Source: Vicugna vicugna
Lineage: Eukaryota
Length of the DNA stretch: 64,000 bases
Direction: 5' to 3'
Assembly: GCA_013265495.1 (NCBI GenBank)
Contig: MU057632.1
Location: 604,054 to 668,053 of the forward strand
Made by a program: the position numbers and the translations under genes. Below, piece by piece: positions 39,330-52,959 of the stretch (its first letter is position 1; each line of letters opens with the position of its first letter). Below the pieces are notes generated by a model, which worked only from the letters and a program-made list of their open reading frames with translations, had not been told where the DNA came from and ran no database searches.

Positions 39330-39665
39330 TATCTAAACCGAACCCTTTAATTCTCTCTCTGCGAGTCTCTGTCTAGAGTTCGAGGCTGACTGTGTAACCG
39401 CTCCTCTCGTCCGGAGGTGCGTTGATTTCCGCACCTGCTCTCCTCCTTGCCCTCAGCGCCCCTCCTCTCCCCGGACGTACACCGGGGCGCGCCTCTGCGA
39501 TTGCTGGGTGAGACGACGCTGTGTAGCTTCAGAGGCTGGGTCATAAGAGGGCGGTGCAGCTTCTGCGTCTAGGCGGGCTCTCTGCCTTGGGATCAAGCCG
39601 CCATGCTGTGAGGGAAGCCTGGTCACCTGGAGAGGCCCCTTCTAGGTAGGCGTTCTGGCCGGGTG
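39330..39665. promoter_or_regulatory. Small CpG-rich promoter-like segment
   Basis: Local CpG cluster (cgtccgg, ccggacgtacaccggggcgcgcc, gacgacgc, gggcgg) in an AT-rich background. Splice donors point outward on both strands: minus CAG|gtgcgg after 39435 and plus TAG|gtaggc after 39645. Confidence 0.55.
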
Positions 39666-39702
39666 TGAAAAAGACTTTACAATGGCTCCAATACAAGTTT
39701 CC

Positions 39703-39885
39703 TCTGTAGAGCACAGGGATCTCTGTTCAACATCTTGTGGTAACCTATAATGAAAAAGAACATGAAAACCAATATATGTCCATATATGGATGACTGAACT
39801 ATTAAGCTGTACACCAGAAATTGACACAACATTGTAAACTGACTATATACTTCAATTAAAAAATTAAATAAAAATAAAATAAAAT
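39703..39885 (+). mobile_element. L1 3' UTR end
   Basis: ctgtagagcacagggatc...gctgtacaccagaaattgacacaacattgtaaactgactatacttcaattaaaaaa. Confidence 0.9.
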
Positions 39886-40011
39886 GACTCCAGCTGCCAC
39901 CACCATCCGTTTGCAACTGCTTATGTGTCCCTGAACAAGAGTGTCTGTTAATTTAAATGACTGAGGCTTTGAGGTGGTTTGTGTCAATAGATAAAAATGC
40001 CACTTCCAAGC

Positions 40012-40140
40012 AGGGGAGAGTATAGCTCAGTGGTAGAGGTCCTAGGTTCAATCCCCAGTGCCTCTTTAAAATATAAACAAATAAACTGACTTACATACCC
40101 TCTGCTGTTTCCCAAAATAAAAAAATTAAAATTAAAAAAA
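40012..40140 (+). mobile_element. tRNA-derived SINE with internal deletion
   Basis: ggggagagtatagctcagtggtagag joined directly to gtcctaggttcaatcccc. Confidence 0.85.
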
Positions 40141-42299
40141 GAATGTCATTTCTAAAAACTGGGGAAGGGAGCATTTAAAAGGAAATTTATTATCATTTAA
40201 AAGGCAAAATAAATTTAGGATTCTTCCACAAAGATACAACAGATCTCAAAGCAAATGTGAGCTAATAGCAAGGTTCTTATGGTTCTAGCAAAACCCACAG
40301 ATAAGAGATTATGCACTAGGGGAGAGGTGGTCAGCAACATTTCTAAACTGAACATGCTGAGTTAGGAAGACTCAAACATTCTTGTGCATGCATCTCTGTA
40401 TTTGCTAAAAAAAAAAAAATTAGACAAGGTGACCTTATGAATCTTTCCCACCCCTAACTTCTGTCATTCTGTCTTCCTCGTGTGGGTGTTTCCTTTGCTG
40501 AAAAAGCCAGATTTCAGAACAGCTTTCTTTTGGAAATGATGTTTTTAAAGTTAAGGGGAAAAAAGCTTGCCACATTGAAGAAGTGGCAGTTTTAAAAATA
40601 GGTATAAAATAAATTGAAAATTCATAGCAATTGTGCTGCAAAAGACACGTGGAGAACTGAATTACAAAGTAAAATGAACAAAGTGGGCTTTTGATTAAAT
40701 GAGTAAGCCAGGCTCCTTACAGAATGATGATGTGTTGGAAGTGGCTAGAGAGGTTGCGAAAGGAGTGAAGAAAACACTGTATGCACTGTTACTGGGCTAG
40801 AGCCGGCATAAAATAAGAATTTTGGAAAGTCGATCTTGTAGTATAAGGCAGGAGTCTGAGAGCTGGCTTAGCTTTTACATAATTCCTATGTAAAAAACAC
40901 CCAAAGCTGTCCTTATTAGAAATGCAGAGAAACGGGAACCATGATGAGTCAAACAGTTTTGTTCTGGTGGAAAGATACTAAGGTAGAAAACTAGGGGCTT
41001 GGGACCGGGTTGAATAAGATGAAAGTATGTTCCTGCCTCTCCTCCTCCTGCCCCCGCTGTCCTCAGACACACATCAACACCATACGTTTTTAAAGAGCAA
41101 AAGTGGCTGCACGTTCCTCACTTACCTCTACACAGATGGTGACACTAATTCATCAGTTTCCTAATACTCCATCATCACTTTCTAAGCATCGGGTGGAGAC
41201 CTTCAGTGGACTGAAGTTCGAACAATGGTAAGGGTTTCATTGAAGTTCCCCTGTTAACAAGTTTATTTGTTTGTTTGTTTGTTTTCCTCACTTAGCATCC
41301 GCTGAGTGTGATGTTAAGCACTTTGGAAGGATACAGAGGTCGAAAGCCTGTGAGCAAGCTAGCTGTTACCTAATCGAGGAGACAGTTAAATTAATAAAGA
41401 ATAATGAATGAGTCCTGGAAAGTTCCAAGCAGTGTGAATGGGAACAGTGGAATCAGTGGAGTTTGAAATACGGGTGAGAACAGCCCCGAGAGGGGAAGTC
41501 GTTCCCGACAGGGGCTTGCTCTGCTCCCGTTACATAGTAGATGCTCAAGAAAAATTTATTGAAATAAATGAGGCAAAGCATCAGGAAAGGGACCCTAAAA
41601 GTGTGCTGGGCGGTATTCTAGCCCAACTAGAGATACGAGGGCAAGGGTGGAGGTCAGGGTTCCAGGAGGTCCAGGGAGGAAGTGATCATGCTCATTTTCT
41701 GTGGTAGAAAAATGGAAATCAATAAAGCTGCCTGATTCTCAGGGGACAACTAAGTGATGGCAGAACAGGAGAAGCTCAGAGTGAGGTGGCACCACGTCAA
41801 TCCCTCCCCGTCTTGGTAGGCTTGTGTGCACTTTGTGCTCAGCTGAAGTAAAATGCGTGTATCGTGGGGAGGGGAGGATGCTGCAGGAATATTATGGAGT
41901 CCAGCTGCAGCTAGCTTTATGGTGAGTCCTAGTCCGGGAATGAGGATGCTGAGAGGTGGGCAAGTCAGTTGGAACCAAGACATCCGGGGAAAAAAGCTTA
42001 TGAGAAACTGTGAAATAAAGCCTTAGAACTCAAAGGAGGGACCACATTGAAGTCACTGTAGCATCACTGCAGGGAGTATACCTTCCGTGGGTCACGATGT
42101 TTACCAGGAACCAGGTCTTATTGTCAAAAGAGAAAAGTAACCAGACACCTAGCGTTGGCTAAGCTATGAAGAACACACCTCACTTCAAACAAACAAACAT
42201 TATCAGAGTCATCCCAACCCTGAAAGTCTGCATCTCTGCTGGTCCGCTGAATGTTTGGTATGAGGGATGAGAACTTCTGTCATTTCCCTGGAAAAGGAG

Positions 42300-42530
42300 C
42301 GAGTTTCTGTGGGCTCTGGAGATGGACTGCTTGGGTTCCTAATCCGGTGACTTTAAGTGAGTTATTTAACCTCTGTGTGCCCCACCCCTTTTCCCATCTG
42401 AAAGTGGGGATAATTCTAGAAGTTTCCATATGGGGTTATAATAAGGATTAAACACCATTAATTACACGTGAGGTGCTTGGAATATTGTCCTTGGCTCACA
42501 GGTAGCAATCAATGAATATCAGCTGCTGTA
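42300..42530 (+). mobile_element. MIR SINE
   Basis: gtgactttaagtgagttatttaacctctgtgtgcc...catctgaaagtggggataat. Confidence 0.75.
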
Positions 42531-42740
42531 ATCATGGTGTTAACTTTGTCTTTTGTCTTTTTTTTTTCTCTTTTTGTCTATTACTATCTGTTTTTTCTAT
42601 TCTAGCAGATCAGAGACAACTTGGGGGACTTATTGCAAGTAACATGATGAGTTCTTTGGTGGCCTTCAGAAAGTACTCCCTTCTCAAATCCTTCTGTAAA
42701 GAGAACCATATTTTAATTTTTTCATTTTTCTGGGAAAAAG

Positions 42741-42742
<2 letters not shown>

Positions 42743-42771
<29 letters not shown>
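42743..42771. repeat. (CA)n microsatellite
   Basis: Direct reading. Confidence 0.9.
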
Positions 42772-43359
42772 GTACTGAGTTGAACAAAATAGAATCATAA
42801 CTAAATTAGCTGCATTTTGCTTTTCCTGTCTGAGAAAATTGAAAAGCCATTTTCCTCTCTATCTGAAAGGACATCTAAAAGGATCCAGATGCCACAATGA
42901 CACGGACACGTCTGTACCTGAAATGAAATGGATCACAGTGGAGACGGATGGTGGCTGCCAGGAGGCTTGGGTACTGTTTTCATTACCTAGTTATTTTCTA
43001 CGTAAAAGCCACTTGTGTCTCTGAGTGGACCTTGTCATCTGAAAAGTACTTCATCTTGTTGCGTTTCCAAAGGTTTACGTGGAAATTGTTGCTTTTGGGA
43101 AGCAGCCAGAAGGAGAGACTTGGTTGTGTTTGAAAGCCTTGACCCTTTTGCTTCCTAATACCAGTGAGTCCCTCCTGGTGTGATAGGTTCTGCTTCTCAG
43201 GAAATGAATACTAACCTAATAATCATAGAAATAATCACATCTTCACAGCGTTGTGCACATACAGCTTGTGTGTGTGTTGTGTAGTTACGGTAGGACTGCT
43301 CACATGTAACACTCAGCCGCAACCTTGCAATGTTTGTATGACTTTTCTTTCTTTAAAAA

Positions 43360-43512
43360 AAGTTTAATTCAATTTATTGGTTTTGTTTGTTTGGGGGGCG
43401 AGGTAAATAGGTTTATTTACTTACTTACTTATTTTAACAGAGGTACCGGGGAATGAACCCAGGACCTCAGGCATGCTAGGCATGCGCTCTACCACTGAGC
43501 CATACCCTCTCC
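43360..43512 (-). mobile_element. tRNA-derived SINE
   Basis: gaggtaccggggaatgaacccaggacc...gctctaccactgagccataccctctcc. Confidence 0.88.
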
Positions 43513-43787
43513 TGCTGTGTGGTTTTTCTAACTTCACAGATGGGAACACTGAGGCTGCAAAGGTCAAGTCTCTTGTTTAAGGTCACACAGTCACCAAAGG
43601 ACAGGGAGGCTCGTTTTCACTCCGTTTCTTTGTTCCCACCTATCGATTACAGCCATTATCCTGAGTGGATATTTTTCAACCTCTTTCATTCAAAATAATA
43701 GAAAACTTAATAAGAAATGGAGCCGCTGCCTTCAGGGACTCCTGCGTGAATTTGGATGACTTAAAACAAGATTGCAAATATGTGTCC

Positions 43788-43955
43788 TGGGGAGAGGGTA
43801 CAGCTCAGTGGTAGAGCACATGCTTAGCACGCACAAGGTTCTGGGTTCAATCTCTAATACCTACATTAAAAGTAATGTAATAATAGTAAATAAATAAATA
43901 GTAAATAAATAAAAGTAATAATAAAATAAAATAAATTTAAAAATAAAATTAAAAA
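43788..43955 (+). mobile_element. tRNA-derived SINE
   Basis: ggggagagggtacagctcagtggtagagc; TSD-like atgtgtc on both sides. Confidence 0.9.
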
Positions 43956-44729
43956 AGATGTGTCTTGTTGCTATACTTTGTCCTATCTGGACATTAATCG
44001 GGGTCGTTTGAACCGGTCTTAAACATTTCTGGTTACATAAATTCACTGGAAATTCACTTTTTTAGACAGGTCAGTCTCATGTTCTTGATTTTTTTTAGTA
44101 TGGCATCTCCAATGTTTTGATATCATAGCACTCTAGGTGTGTTATTAATACAAAATGAAGTGAGTTTTCCTATAAAAGATTCTGACTCTATTTGCAACAA
44201 TGGTAAGCTGAAAGTGAATGCCCAGGTTAAAAAAAAAATGATCTCAAATATTATCCTTTGATATTCCTTTCTAAGGAACAGAACTGAATTTATAGTTATT
44301 CATTATAGATCAGTAGGTGTGTTACTAAAAGCAAATTTCTTTCCCAGATGCATTCTTTATTTACTGACACTGAAATTATAAAAATATGCTGTCTCTTGGC
44401 TTATAGGAAAAAATAAAACAAAATTGGACATAACCACACTGCTTTTGGTCTCTTGGCTGAGCAATGTTGGAAAACTCATAAGCAGATACAACTGACCCTT
44501 TTCTATCTCATCAACAACTGCTTAAAAAAAAAGCTCTAGGAACATATAGAGCAAAGGAAGAACAAGAGAAATTTCTAATCCTATTTGAGTAATTCGAGAA
44601 ATTTCTTATCCTATTTGAGTAATTCGATCTTTTTGCTTTGATAGTATTACTTGGCACTGGGGTATATTTGATCTTTCTTTTTTAAAAATTTCTATTCATA
44701 CAACTAACTGCAGAATTTACAGCCTTTTA

Positions 44730-46517
44730 AAGGATATACTGATATTTAGAAAAATTGACTATATATTGGCCGTAAGGTATGGCTTAACACATGTAAAGGA
44801 TTCATATATTACAGGCTATGTTTTCTGACCATAAGGTCGTTATGTTAAAAATGGAAAAAAAAACCCCATAAAACTAGGACATATCTGTATATTTAGAACT
44901 TTAAGAAATAATCATGTAGACAACACTGTTCAAAGAGGAAATCATAATAAATTAGACAATATTTCAAATTGAAGAATGAAAATATAAGATACAAATAACA
45001 CACGAAATGCTGCTAACTCTTTACCTAGGGGAAATTTTATTTAAAATACATTTATTAGAAAAGAAGAAAAGTTGAAAATAGGTGAAGTAAGCAACAATCT
45101 CAAGAAGTTATAGAAAGAAGAGCAAATTAAGCCAAGGAAAGTAAAAAGAGGAAAAAATAAAGATGAGAGAAGAAATTTATGTATTCAGTATCTTGTAGTA
45201 ATTTATAATGAAAAAGAATATGAAAACGAATATATGTATGTATATGTATGACTGAAACATTATGCTCTACACCAGAAATGGACACATAGTAACTGACTGT
45301 ACTTCAATTAAAAAAAAAACTAGAGAAGAAATTCATGAAATATAAGTAAATCATATGATGGAGAAGATCAAAAGAGCCAAAAGTTGGCCCTGCTAAAGAT
45401 AATAAAGTTTATATACCTTGCCAAAGCTGACACAAGAAATCAAACAGACAAACAAACAAACAAACAAAACCCCCTGGGACTATTAAGGAAATAGTAAGAA
45501 AAAAAAACCTTACCTTATAGAAAACTTCAAACCGCAATGGCTCTAATATTATCAAAACTCTGCCAGGTAATAGAACAAGGTGGTTGACTCTCCAAATCAC
45601 TTTATGAGGATAAGAAAGCATTGGTACTAAAACCAGGAAAGCCAACCTCACCAATAAACCAGAATGCAAAGATCCTTTGAAAATTAGGAATCAAGTATAG
45701 CAACTTATAAAAGTAATATGTATTACTAAACTGAGTTAATCCAAGAATCTCAAGATTAGTTTGACATTCAAAAGTCAATCAGTATAATTTTCCATATTAA
45801 GACATTAGAAGAAAATCACAGCAGCATGTTAACAGTTGCATAAAAACCATTTGACAAAATTCAACATCTATTCATGATTAAAAACTTTAAAAACAAGAAA
45901 AGAAGAAAATTTTCTCAAATTGAAAACAGTGCATATCAAAAAATCTTCAGGAAACACTACTTATTTGTATGCTATGAGATAGAAATTAAGGTTGTCACTG
46001 TCACCACTTTGATTCATCTGAGGGTTTTAGGAACTGAGGGTTTAGCAACTGCAATAAGGCAAGAAAAAATATAGTTATTAGAATTGGTAAGGAAATGTTA
46101 TTTTTTTAATAAATTATATAATTTTTAAAGAAAAACCTCAAATGAATCTACAGATTAAAATTTAGTTTTAAGAGTATTTAGCAAAGTTACTAAATAGACA
46201 TCATTGTACATCTCTATTCCAGCCGTAAGCATTAGGAAAATAAATTTATATAAAGACAACTTTCTACTAACAAAAATATTATGGAGTATAAATGAAATTA
46301 AGAAGAGATGTGTAAGATCTCTTTATAGGAATACATACACACTTATAAGTAATATTTTTAAAGACTGGAATAAATAAAGATATGTACTACATGCATGGAC
46401 CAGGGAAATTAATACTGTAAAGATGTCAGTTCTTCCAATACTGGTTTATAAGTTCAAGGCAATCTCTGTCCAAATCCCTACACAGAACTCCATGGAACAA
46501 GAGAAGCTGAATTTAAA
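44730..46517 (+). mobile_element. Old L1M ORF2, degraded, with nested young L1 3' end at 45178-45321
   Basis: ttttctgaccataag, aaaaaccatttgacaaaattcaacatc, tagcaactgcaataaggcaagaaaa. Nested element TSD agagaagaaatt at 45166-45177 / 45322-45333. Confidence 0.8.
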
Positions 46518-47335
46518 TCACCTCACATCAGTCAGAATGGCCATTATTAAAAAGTCCACAGATGATGAATGCTGGAGAGGGTGTTGAGAAGAGAGAACCC
46601 TCCTACACTGTTGATGGGAATGTAGTTTGGTGCAACCATTATAGAAAACAATATGGAGATTCTTTGAAAAAAGCAAAAATAGACTTACCCTAAGATCCAG
46701 CAATCCCACTCCTGGGCAGATATCCAGAGGGAACTCTAATTCAAAAAGATACATGAATCCCAATGTTCATAGCAGCACTATATACAGTAACCAAGACATG
46801 GAAGCAACCTAAATGTCCACTGACAGATGACTGGATAAAGAATTTGTGGTATATTTATACAATGGAATACTACTCAGCCATAAAAAAGAATAAAATAATG
46901 CCATTTGCGGCAACATAAATGGACCTGGAGATCGTCTTCTAAGTGAATTAAGTCAGAAAGAGAAAGAAAAATACCATGTGGTATCACTTATATGTGGAAT
47001 TAAAAAAAAAAGACACAAATGAACTTATTTACAAAATAGAAATAGACTCACAGACATAGAAAACAAACTTATGGTTACTAGGGGAAGAGGGTGGGAAGGG
47101 ATAAATTGTGAGTTCAAGTTTTGCAGATACTAACTACTATATATAAAATAGATAAACAATAAGGACCTACTGTATAGCATAGGGAACTATGTTCAATATC
47201 TTGTAGTAACCTACAATGAAAAAGATTATGAAAATAAATATATATGTTTATGTTTGACAAACATTACTCTGTACACCAGAAATTGATGCAACATTGTAAA
47301 CTGACTACACCTAGCTTAAAAAAATACAAAAAAAG
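46518..47335 (+). mobile_element. Young L1 3' end (ORF2 C-terminus plus 3'UTR)
   Basis: cacctcacatcagtcagaatggcc...caatggaatactactcagcc...ctgtacaccagaaattgatgcaacattgtaaactgac, then A-rich tail. Confidence 0.92.
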
Positions 47336-48119
47336 TCCTCTATCAAGAAAAATAAAATGAAATAAGTGTATACACAAATGCAGAGGACAAGCGTAACATG
47401 GAGACTAACGAAAAACAGCAAAGTGGGAGAACAGGCTCTGACAGCTGGTAGATCTTGTTATGTAGGTGCGGTCAGAGGCAGATTTACCACGGAGCTTGCA
47501 CTGTCTGCTGTGTCTTTCCTCTCTAAGTCATCTTCGCTATCCACCTACTCATGCTGGCTGGCTTTGGAATGGCTGCAGGTGTTTGAGGGATTTGAATGAG
47601 GAGAGTTGAGGTAGGGATATATTTAATATTAGTGTGTAGTGGCAGATGTATGTGGATCTCAGTCTCTTCCAAATTTAGTTACTAAACTGACAGCCTTCAC
47701 CTGTAAGGATGGCTTCTAGGAATCTGCCTAGAGCCCCTGGGCTAACTGATCCAAAGCTGTGACCTGAAGGTGCAGGACCAGAGGCTACATTACAAGGTGC
47801 ATTTGTCTTATGACACCTGGTGCCAGAAGAGCATGGGTGGAGGAGGAGAAGCCAGAGGAGGAAAGTGGTGCCTGAAACTAGCTACTCTGTGGGAAGGTTT
47901 CCCAACCATCGGATAAGAAAATAATAAGTAGAGGATCCATATCTCATTGATAATCAAGTCAAAACAGCAATTCTTTAGTTTCAGGCATATCTCTGACACT
48001 GCAGGGTATATAGTCATAAGTTCACCATACATTTTTCTATGGGAACCCACACAAAGTAGAAATGATCAGAATTTCTCTGCTTGTCAGGCACAAGTAGACA
48101 AGTGTTGAGTATGTCTGTA

Positions 48120-48295
48120 ACTCATGTGTATAAAAACTCTAGTGGATGTTTTTCTAAATTTGACAAAAATTCTAAAATAGTTAATCCTTAAGTAATGATG
48201 AGTTGAAAAACCGAACAAAACTTTCCAAAACTCACAAAAATGAAAAATAAATTTTGATTAGCTGTGCTGAAGGAAAGACTGAATTTCCTTTCCTT
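48120..48295 (+). mobile_element. hAT (Tip100/Zaphod-like) transposase dimerisation-domain remnant
   Basis: gtggatgtttttctaaatttgacaaaaattctaaaa...aactttccaaaactc...gaaagactgaat resembles VDVFPNLTKILK..ERNFSKL..EERLN. Confidence 0.5.
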
Positions 48296-48457
48296 TTTTT
48301 AAAAAATTATTTAACTTTATTACATTTTTGTTTGTTTGTTTTTGGAGAGGGAGGTACTTAGGTTTTTTGTTTATTATTTTTAGTGGAGGTACTGGGGATT
48401 GAACCCAGGACCCTGTACATGCAAGGCATGCACTCTACTCCTGAGCTATACTCTCCT
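48296..48457 (-). mobile_element. tRNA-derived SINE
   Basis: ggaggtactggggattgaacccaggacc...ctctactcctgagctatactctcc. Confidence 0.88.
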
Positions 48458-48469
48458 TGCCTCATGTCA

Positions 48470-49325
48470 TTTTTTTCTCCTTATTTCTCACAGGATATGT
48501 TCCAAGACCCCCAGTGCATGCCTGAAACCACAGACAACACTGAACCCTATATACAGTATATTTTATCCTGTACATACACAACTATGATAAAGTTGAATTT
48601 ATAAGTTAAGCATAGTAAGAGATTAATAACAGTAACTAACAATAAATGTCACAGTCATAACAATATACTGTAATAAAAGTTACGTGACTGTGGGCTCTCT
48701 CAAAATATCTTATTGCACAAATGTACAAAATGCCTTTTCCATCTCTACTAAGTACTTACTGCACACTGTGGCTGTACCTTCTGCTGTTTAAGGTATGACA
48801 GCAAAACTACCACAATTTTCTTTTTCCTTCATCACAATTTTATAGATACAAGATTGGTTCTTACCTCAGATCTTCGCAACCTCAGCCTACAGTTTTCTGT
48901 TTCCTTATTCAGTCGAGAATTGTCACCTTTTCACTTCAAGGAAGCACTTCTCAGCTTCCCTTTGATGTATCCAAATTGCCAGCACTTTTGGGTGAAATAA
49001 GGGTCTTTAAGTAGTAAGACTCTTATTGCACTTTAAGTAAAATAAAGGTCACTTGAACATAAGCACTGTGATGTTAGCAACAGTCAATCTGATAAATGAG
49101 ATGCTACTAAGTGACTGGTGGTGAGACACTCTGGAAGAAGGGATGATGCATGCCCCAGGCAGGACAGCATGAGATTTCATCACACTACGTCGAATGGTGT
49201 GCAGTTTAAAACTTAGGAATGATTTGTTTCTGGAACTTTCTATTTAATATTTTCAGACTGCAGTTGACCATCGGTAATGGAAACAAAACACTGGAAAGTA
49301 GACAGCCGTGGATAAGGGGGTGGAA
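48470..49325 (-). mobile_element. MER44/Tigger7-like DNA transposon
   Basis: gatatgttccaagacccccagtg...gagatttcatcacactac...ttcagactgcagttgacc...gtggataaggggg. Confidence 0.75.
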
Positions 49326-49445
49326 GGGCAGTAGTGTTTCTGTTGCTAAACTCCTGTTTGTTTTTCCCCTGTAAATCTGAATTTTATTACAGAGGGCTCA
49401 GCCAGGAACCTAGAAGGATAGTTGGAAATTTTTCCTCCCCTACAA

Positions 49446-50440
49446 CCTCATTAAAATTAAAAATGTTTGCTCATTCAAAGACACCACTGAAAGGAAACTT
49501 TGAGAGGAAATATGTATATATCTATATATCTTAATCTATATCTATATATATCAATAGAATTGTCTGCAGGTACACATCTAGAATACATTGATCCAGAATC
49601 AGTTAAAAACAAATAAAAATGGGCAAGAGTCACTTCATGAAAGAGGGAATTCACATGTCCAATAAACATGTAAAAAGTGCTCAACTTCATTTGCCATCAC
49701 AGAAATGCAAATAAAAGTTACAATGAGATACCACTACACGCCTATTCTATGGGTGAATTTAAGAGGTCTCCAATCCTGCAGAGCAAATGAGAATGTTTTT
49801 CTGCTGCTGGTAGAAGTAGAAATTTGTACATTTTGGGGCAAATGCTTGAGGGCATCTACTAAAACTGACTGTATTAATACTATGTGACCAGCTGTTGCAC
49901 ATCCAGATATACACCCTGCAGAAATGCAGGCTTGGGTACACAATGATACTTGTTCAAAAAAACTATAGCAGCACTGCTGATTATAGACAAATGGGACACA
50001 GTGTAAATATTCATCAACAGTCGAATTCTCTATATTTTCCATTGTATAAATTACAGATTCAATTATGTGTCCACACAACAGTATTATTAAATCTTAAAGG
50101 TATAAGGTTAAGCAAAGAACATAAAAGAATACATATGGTATGATTTCATTTTCAAAAAGTTTGAAAAAACAGGTAAAATTAAACTACACTGTTTAGGGAT
50201 ATAACATTTGGTAGCAAAACTTTAAAGAAAAATCAATGAAATGGTTAGAGTAAAATTCAAGACATTGGTTCCTACTGGGGTGGGAAGTATAGGTAAAAGA
50301 CAGAGAGGAATTTCTGCAAGATACTAATAATATTATATATATTCTTTACCTGAGTAGAGTTTACAGAGTTTCTGCTTCATCATTCAATAAGCTGATAATT
50401 TATGTTTTATGTACTCTTAGGTCTATTTATTCTGTTTCAC
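49446..50440 (+). mobile_element. Old L1M(E/C) 3' region
   Basis: aaaatgggcaagag...agaaatgcaaataaaagttacaatgagataccactacac...aaaacaggtaaaattaaactacactgtttaggg. Confidence 0.7.
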
Positions 50441-50469
50441 TAGAGACTTGTTTTTTAAATATAATGAGT

Positions 50470-51040
50470 CAAGGAAGAAGAAATTTTCCTCTCCTCTCTT
50501 AGGTTCTTCTTGGTGCTCTAACAATTAAATTGACATGAGGCAGAGTAACAGAAAAAAATCAAACAAGAGTTTAATAATATGTAAACATGGGAGAGAGCCA
50601 GGAAAACTAAGTAACTCACCAAAATGGCTAAAACCCTCACCTTGAAGACCATCCTCAGCTAAAGACAAAAGAAGATGTTGGGGTAATGGTTTGGGACTTC
50701 AAAGGGGAGGAGGGAAATTCATATGGAGATGGAAAAGCAGATGTTCAGTAGACAAGTGTTTGCTGGGCCTGCAGACACACTGGGACACAGAGAGGAATTT
50801 TGACCAACAGACTTTCTTCTGTTCCTCCCTGTCTACACCTGTTCCTTGTACAGTTATCTCTGGTGATGCTCCCTTCCAGGAGCAGGTCCTCCATCTTCAT
50901 TCTTTTAGGCAGTTAGTGGGCTGGTCAAAGGTTCTTCCTGAGTCTTTTAGGTCTTAATTGCTTTAAGCTCAAAATAATTAGCATGCCAAAGAGACACAGT
51001 AAATGTGGCTTGACTTTGTGGCCAGTTTTGCTCCCCTACA
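50470..51040 (-). mobile_element. ERV1 (MER34-like) solo LTR
   Basis: ttttcctctcctctcttaggttc...ctcaaaataattagcatgccaaagagacaca...ctcccctaca. Confidence 0.6.
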
Positions 51041-51192
51041 AATGCTTGATAAATAAAGTGGAATAAAATTAACTTCACTCCAAATAAATATTGATTAAGA
51101 AATTAATGTTCATTTTAGCTGACAAAATGAAAATCAGAGGTCCTAGCTTACTAACTTTTAATAGAACTTGGCAGCTTACAGAAATGTTGTTT

Positions 51193-51330
51193 ATGTTTTG
51201 TTTTGTTTTTTTAATGAGGGGAGGTAATTAGCCTTATTTATTCATTTACTTTGATGAAGGTACTGGGGACTGAATCGAGGACCTCATCCATGCTAGACAT
51301 GTACTCTACCACTGAGCTACACCCTCCCCC
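51193..51330 (-). mobile_element. tRNA-derived SINE
   Basis: ggtactggggactgaatcgaggacc...ctctaccactgagctacaccctccccc. TSD cagaaatgttgttt at 51179-51192 / 51354-51367. Confidence 0.9.
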
Positions 51331-52959
51331 TCAGAAATATCATCCTCCCCCATCAGAAATGTTGTTTCATGTCCTATGGAAACATTTCATTGAATACTCA
51401 CAGCCCAGTTTTGCTAAATGTCTCCTTTTCAGGATTGTTGATCTCTGCTAAATACCCAAGTGGAATAAAATATTTTCTTTAAATGAACTTGTACTTTGGT
51501 ATTAAGGATTCAGATCTCTCAATTAGTGCCTAAACAAATAATCATGGGGGGAAAAGCAACCGAAAGTAAAGAAATATCAAACACTTAAGAAAACAGAAGA
51601 TACTTCATGTAATAAGAATAAATTTAAGGGTTCCTTGGCATTTACTTAAGAACTCAGTGTCATAAAAACTGAATCTGTTCAGCTAGCACTCTGAGTCTTC
51701 CTAGACGTATAATAAAGCCAAATAGGGGACAATTCACTAGTAGAATTTGCCAAAATTTATTTATACATTTATTCAAAAAGCATGTTTTGAGTGAATTCTG
51801 TGTTCCCTGCACTGTTCTAAGTGCTGAGGTGGCGGCAACAGATAAAAACAGTCAAATATCCATGTTCTCCTGGAGTTTGCATTCTCATCTGGAAGACAGG
51901 TAAGAAACAGTTAAAATCACGTCAGGCTGTGAGGAGTGGTAATGAAGACAGACGAAGCTGGATGGAGAGGCAGAAGGTGAGAATACAAACGCAGGAAAGG
52001 TAGGTTGCTGAATGGCAGTCTTTGTGTAATCAGTTTGCTGGTTAGTGAGGTGGTTGGGGAAATTCCTCAGAAAGCAGATGTATTTTGCAAGGCTGGGAAT
52101 GTGTCCAGGACTATAGAAGGCTGGGTGTTCTTCACGTATGGGGAAACTACAAAATCTGTGTATGGGGAAAAGTTCTATGAGATTCTCAAACAAGCCTTGG
52201 GAAACCAGCCAGTGGTTCACCAGCCTTTTTTTCAATTTAGACTTTCCACAAATGAGTTTAATCAGTGATTGTGGGTGTCATTTCCATATTCACATAACAC
52301 TGTGAGATTTTCATTTTCTAAGGAAAGTAGTTTGGAAGTTGTAAATAACCAGGAGTCATTTTGTTCTCATACTATTGTGATTCTTGCTAAATCGTGCACT
52401 CTTCTTATTCCTCGCTGAAAAAGAATGGTTAAATCGAGACAATTAAATGATTTGTGGATGTTTGATACCCTTGTATGCCGTAATGTTGTTGTTTTCAACA
52501 GTAGTCAGTCATCTTTATCTTTTGATAGAGTAGAGAAGTATACTTAATATGTACAGTCCCAGAACCATCTCTGACAAGTGTCAACATGATCTCTTTGATA
52601 AGTTGCCCCTTTTTTCTAAAACTGGAACATAGCAAATATAAACAAACAAACAAAAAATTAATAAAAAGGTTTTCAAAATCTGATTGAGCAAAGATTATGT
52701 ATATAGCCTATGAGTTTAGCCCTTGATGTAGGACTTGGCGGTAACACATGTAAAAGTATAAAAACTTCTTAGATCTCATTTGCTTTCTTAGGAAGAGTCA
52801 GACTGATATCTCTACGTCTTTCTTGGAAACTTTTTCACAGCTTAATTAAAAGTCTAAATGAAATTGAATTCCACTAGATAAAATTGACTCATTTCTACTT
52901 TTTTAGTACTTAATGAATAATTGTTATTTTAGACTTTTTTGTATTTTATTTTTAAATTT

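Noticed and set aside
52068..52153. Possible terminal exon DFVVSPYVKNTQPSIVLDTFPALQNTSAF* on the minus strand
   Set aside because: The acceptor is plausible, but this frame does not match the phase of the nearest upstream candidate and no homologue was recognised.
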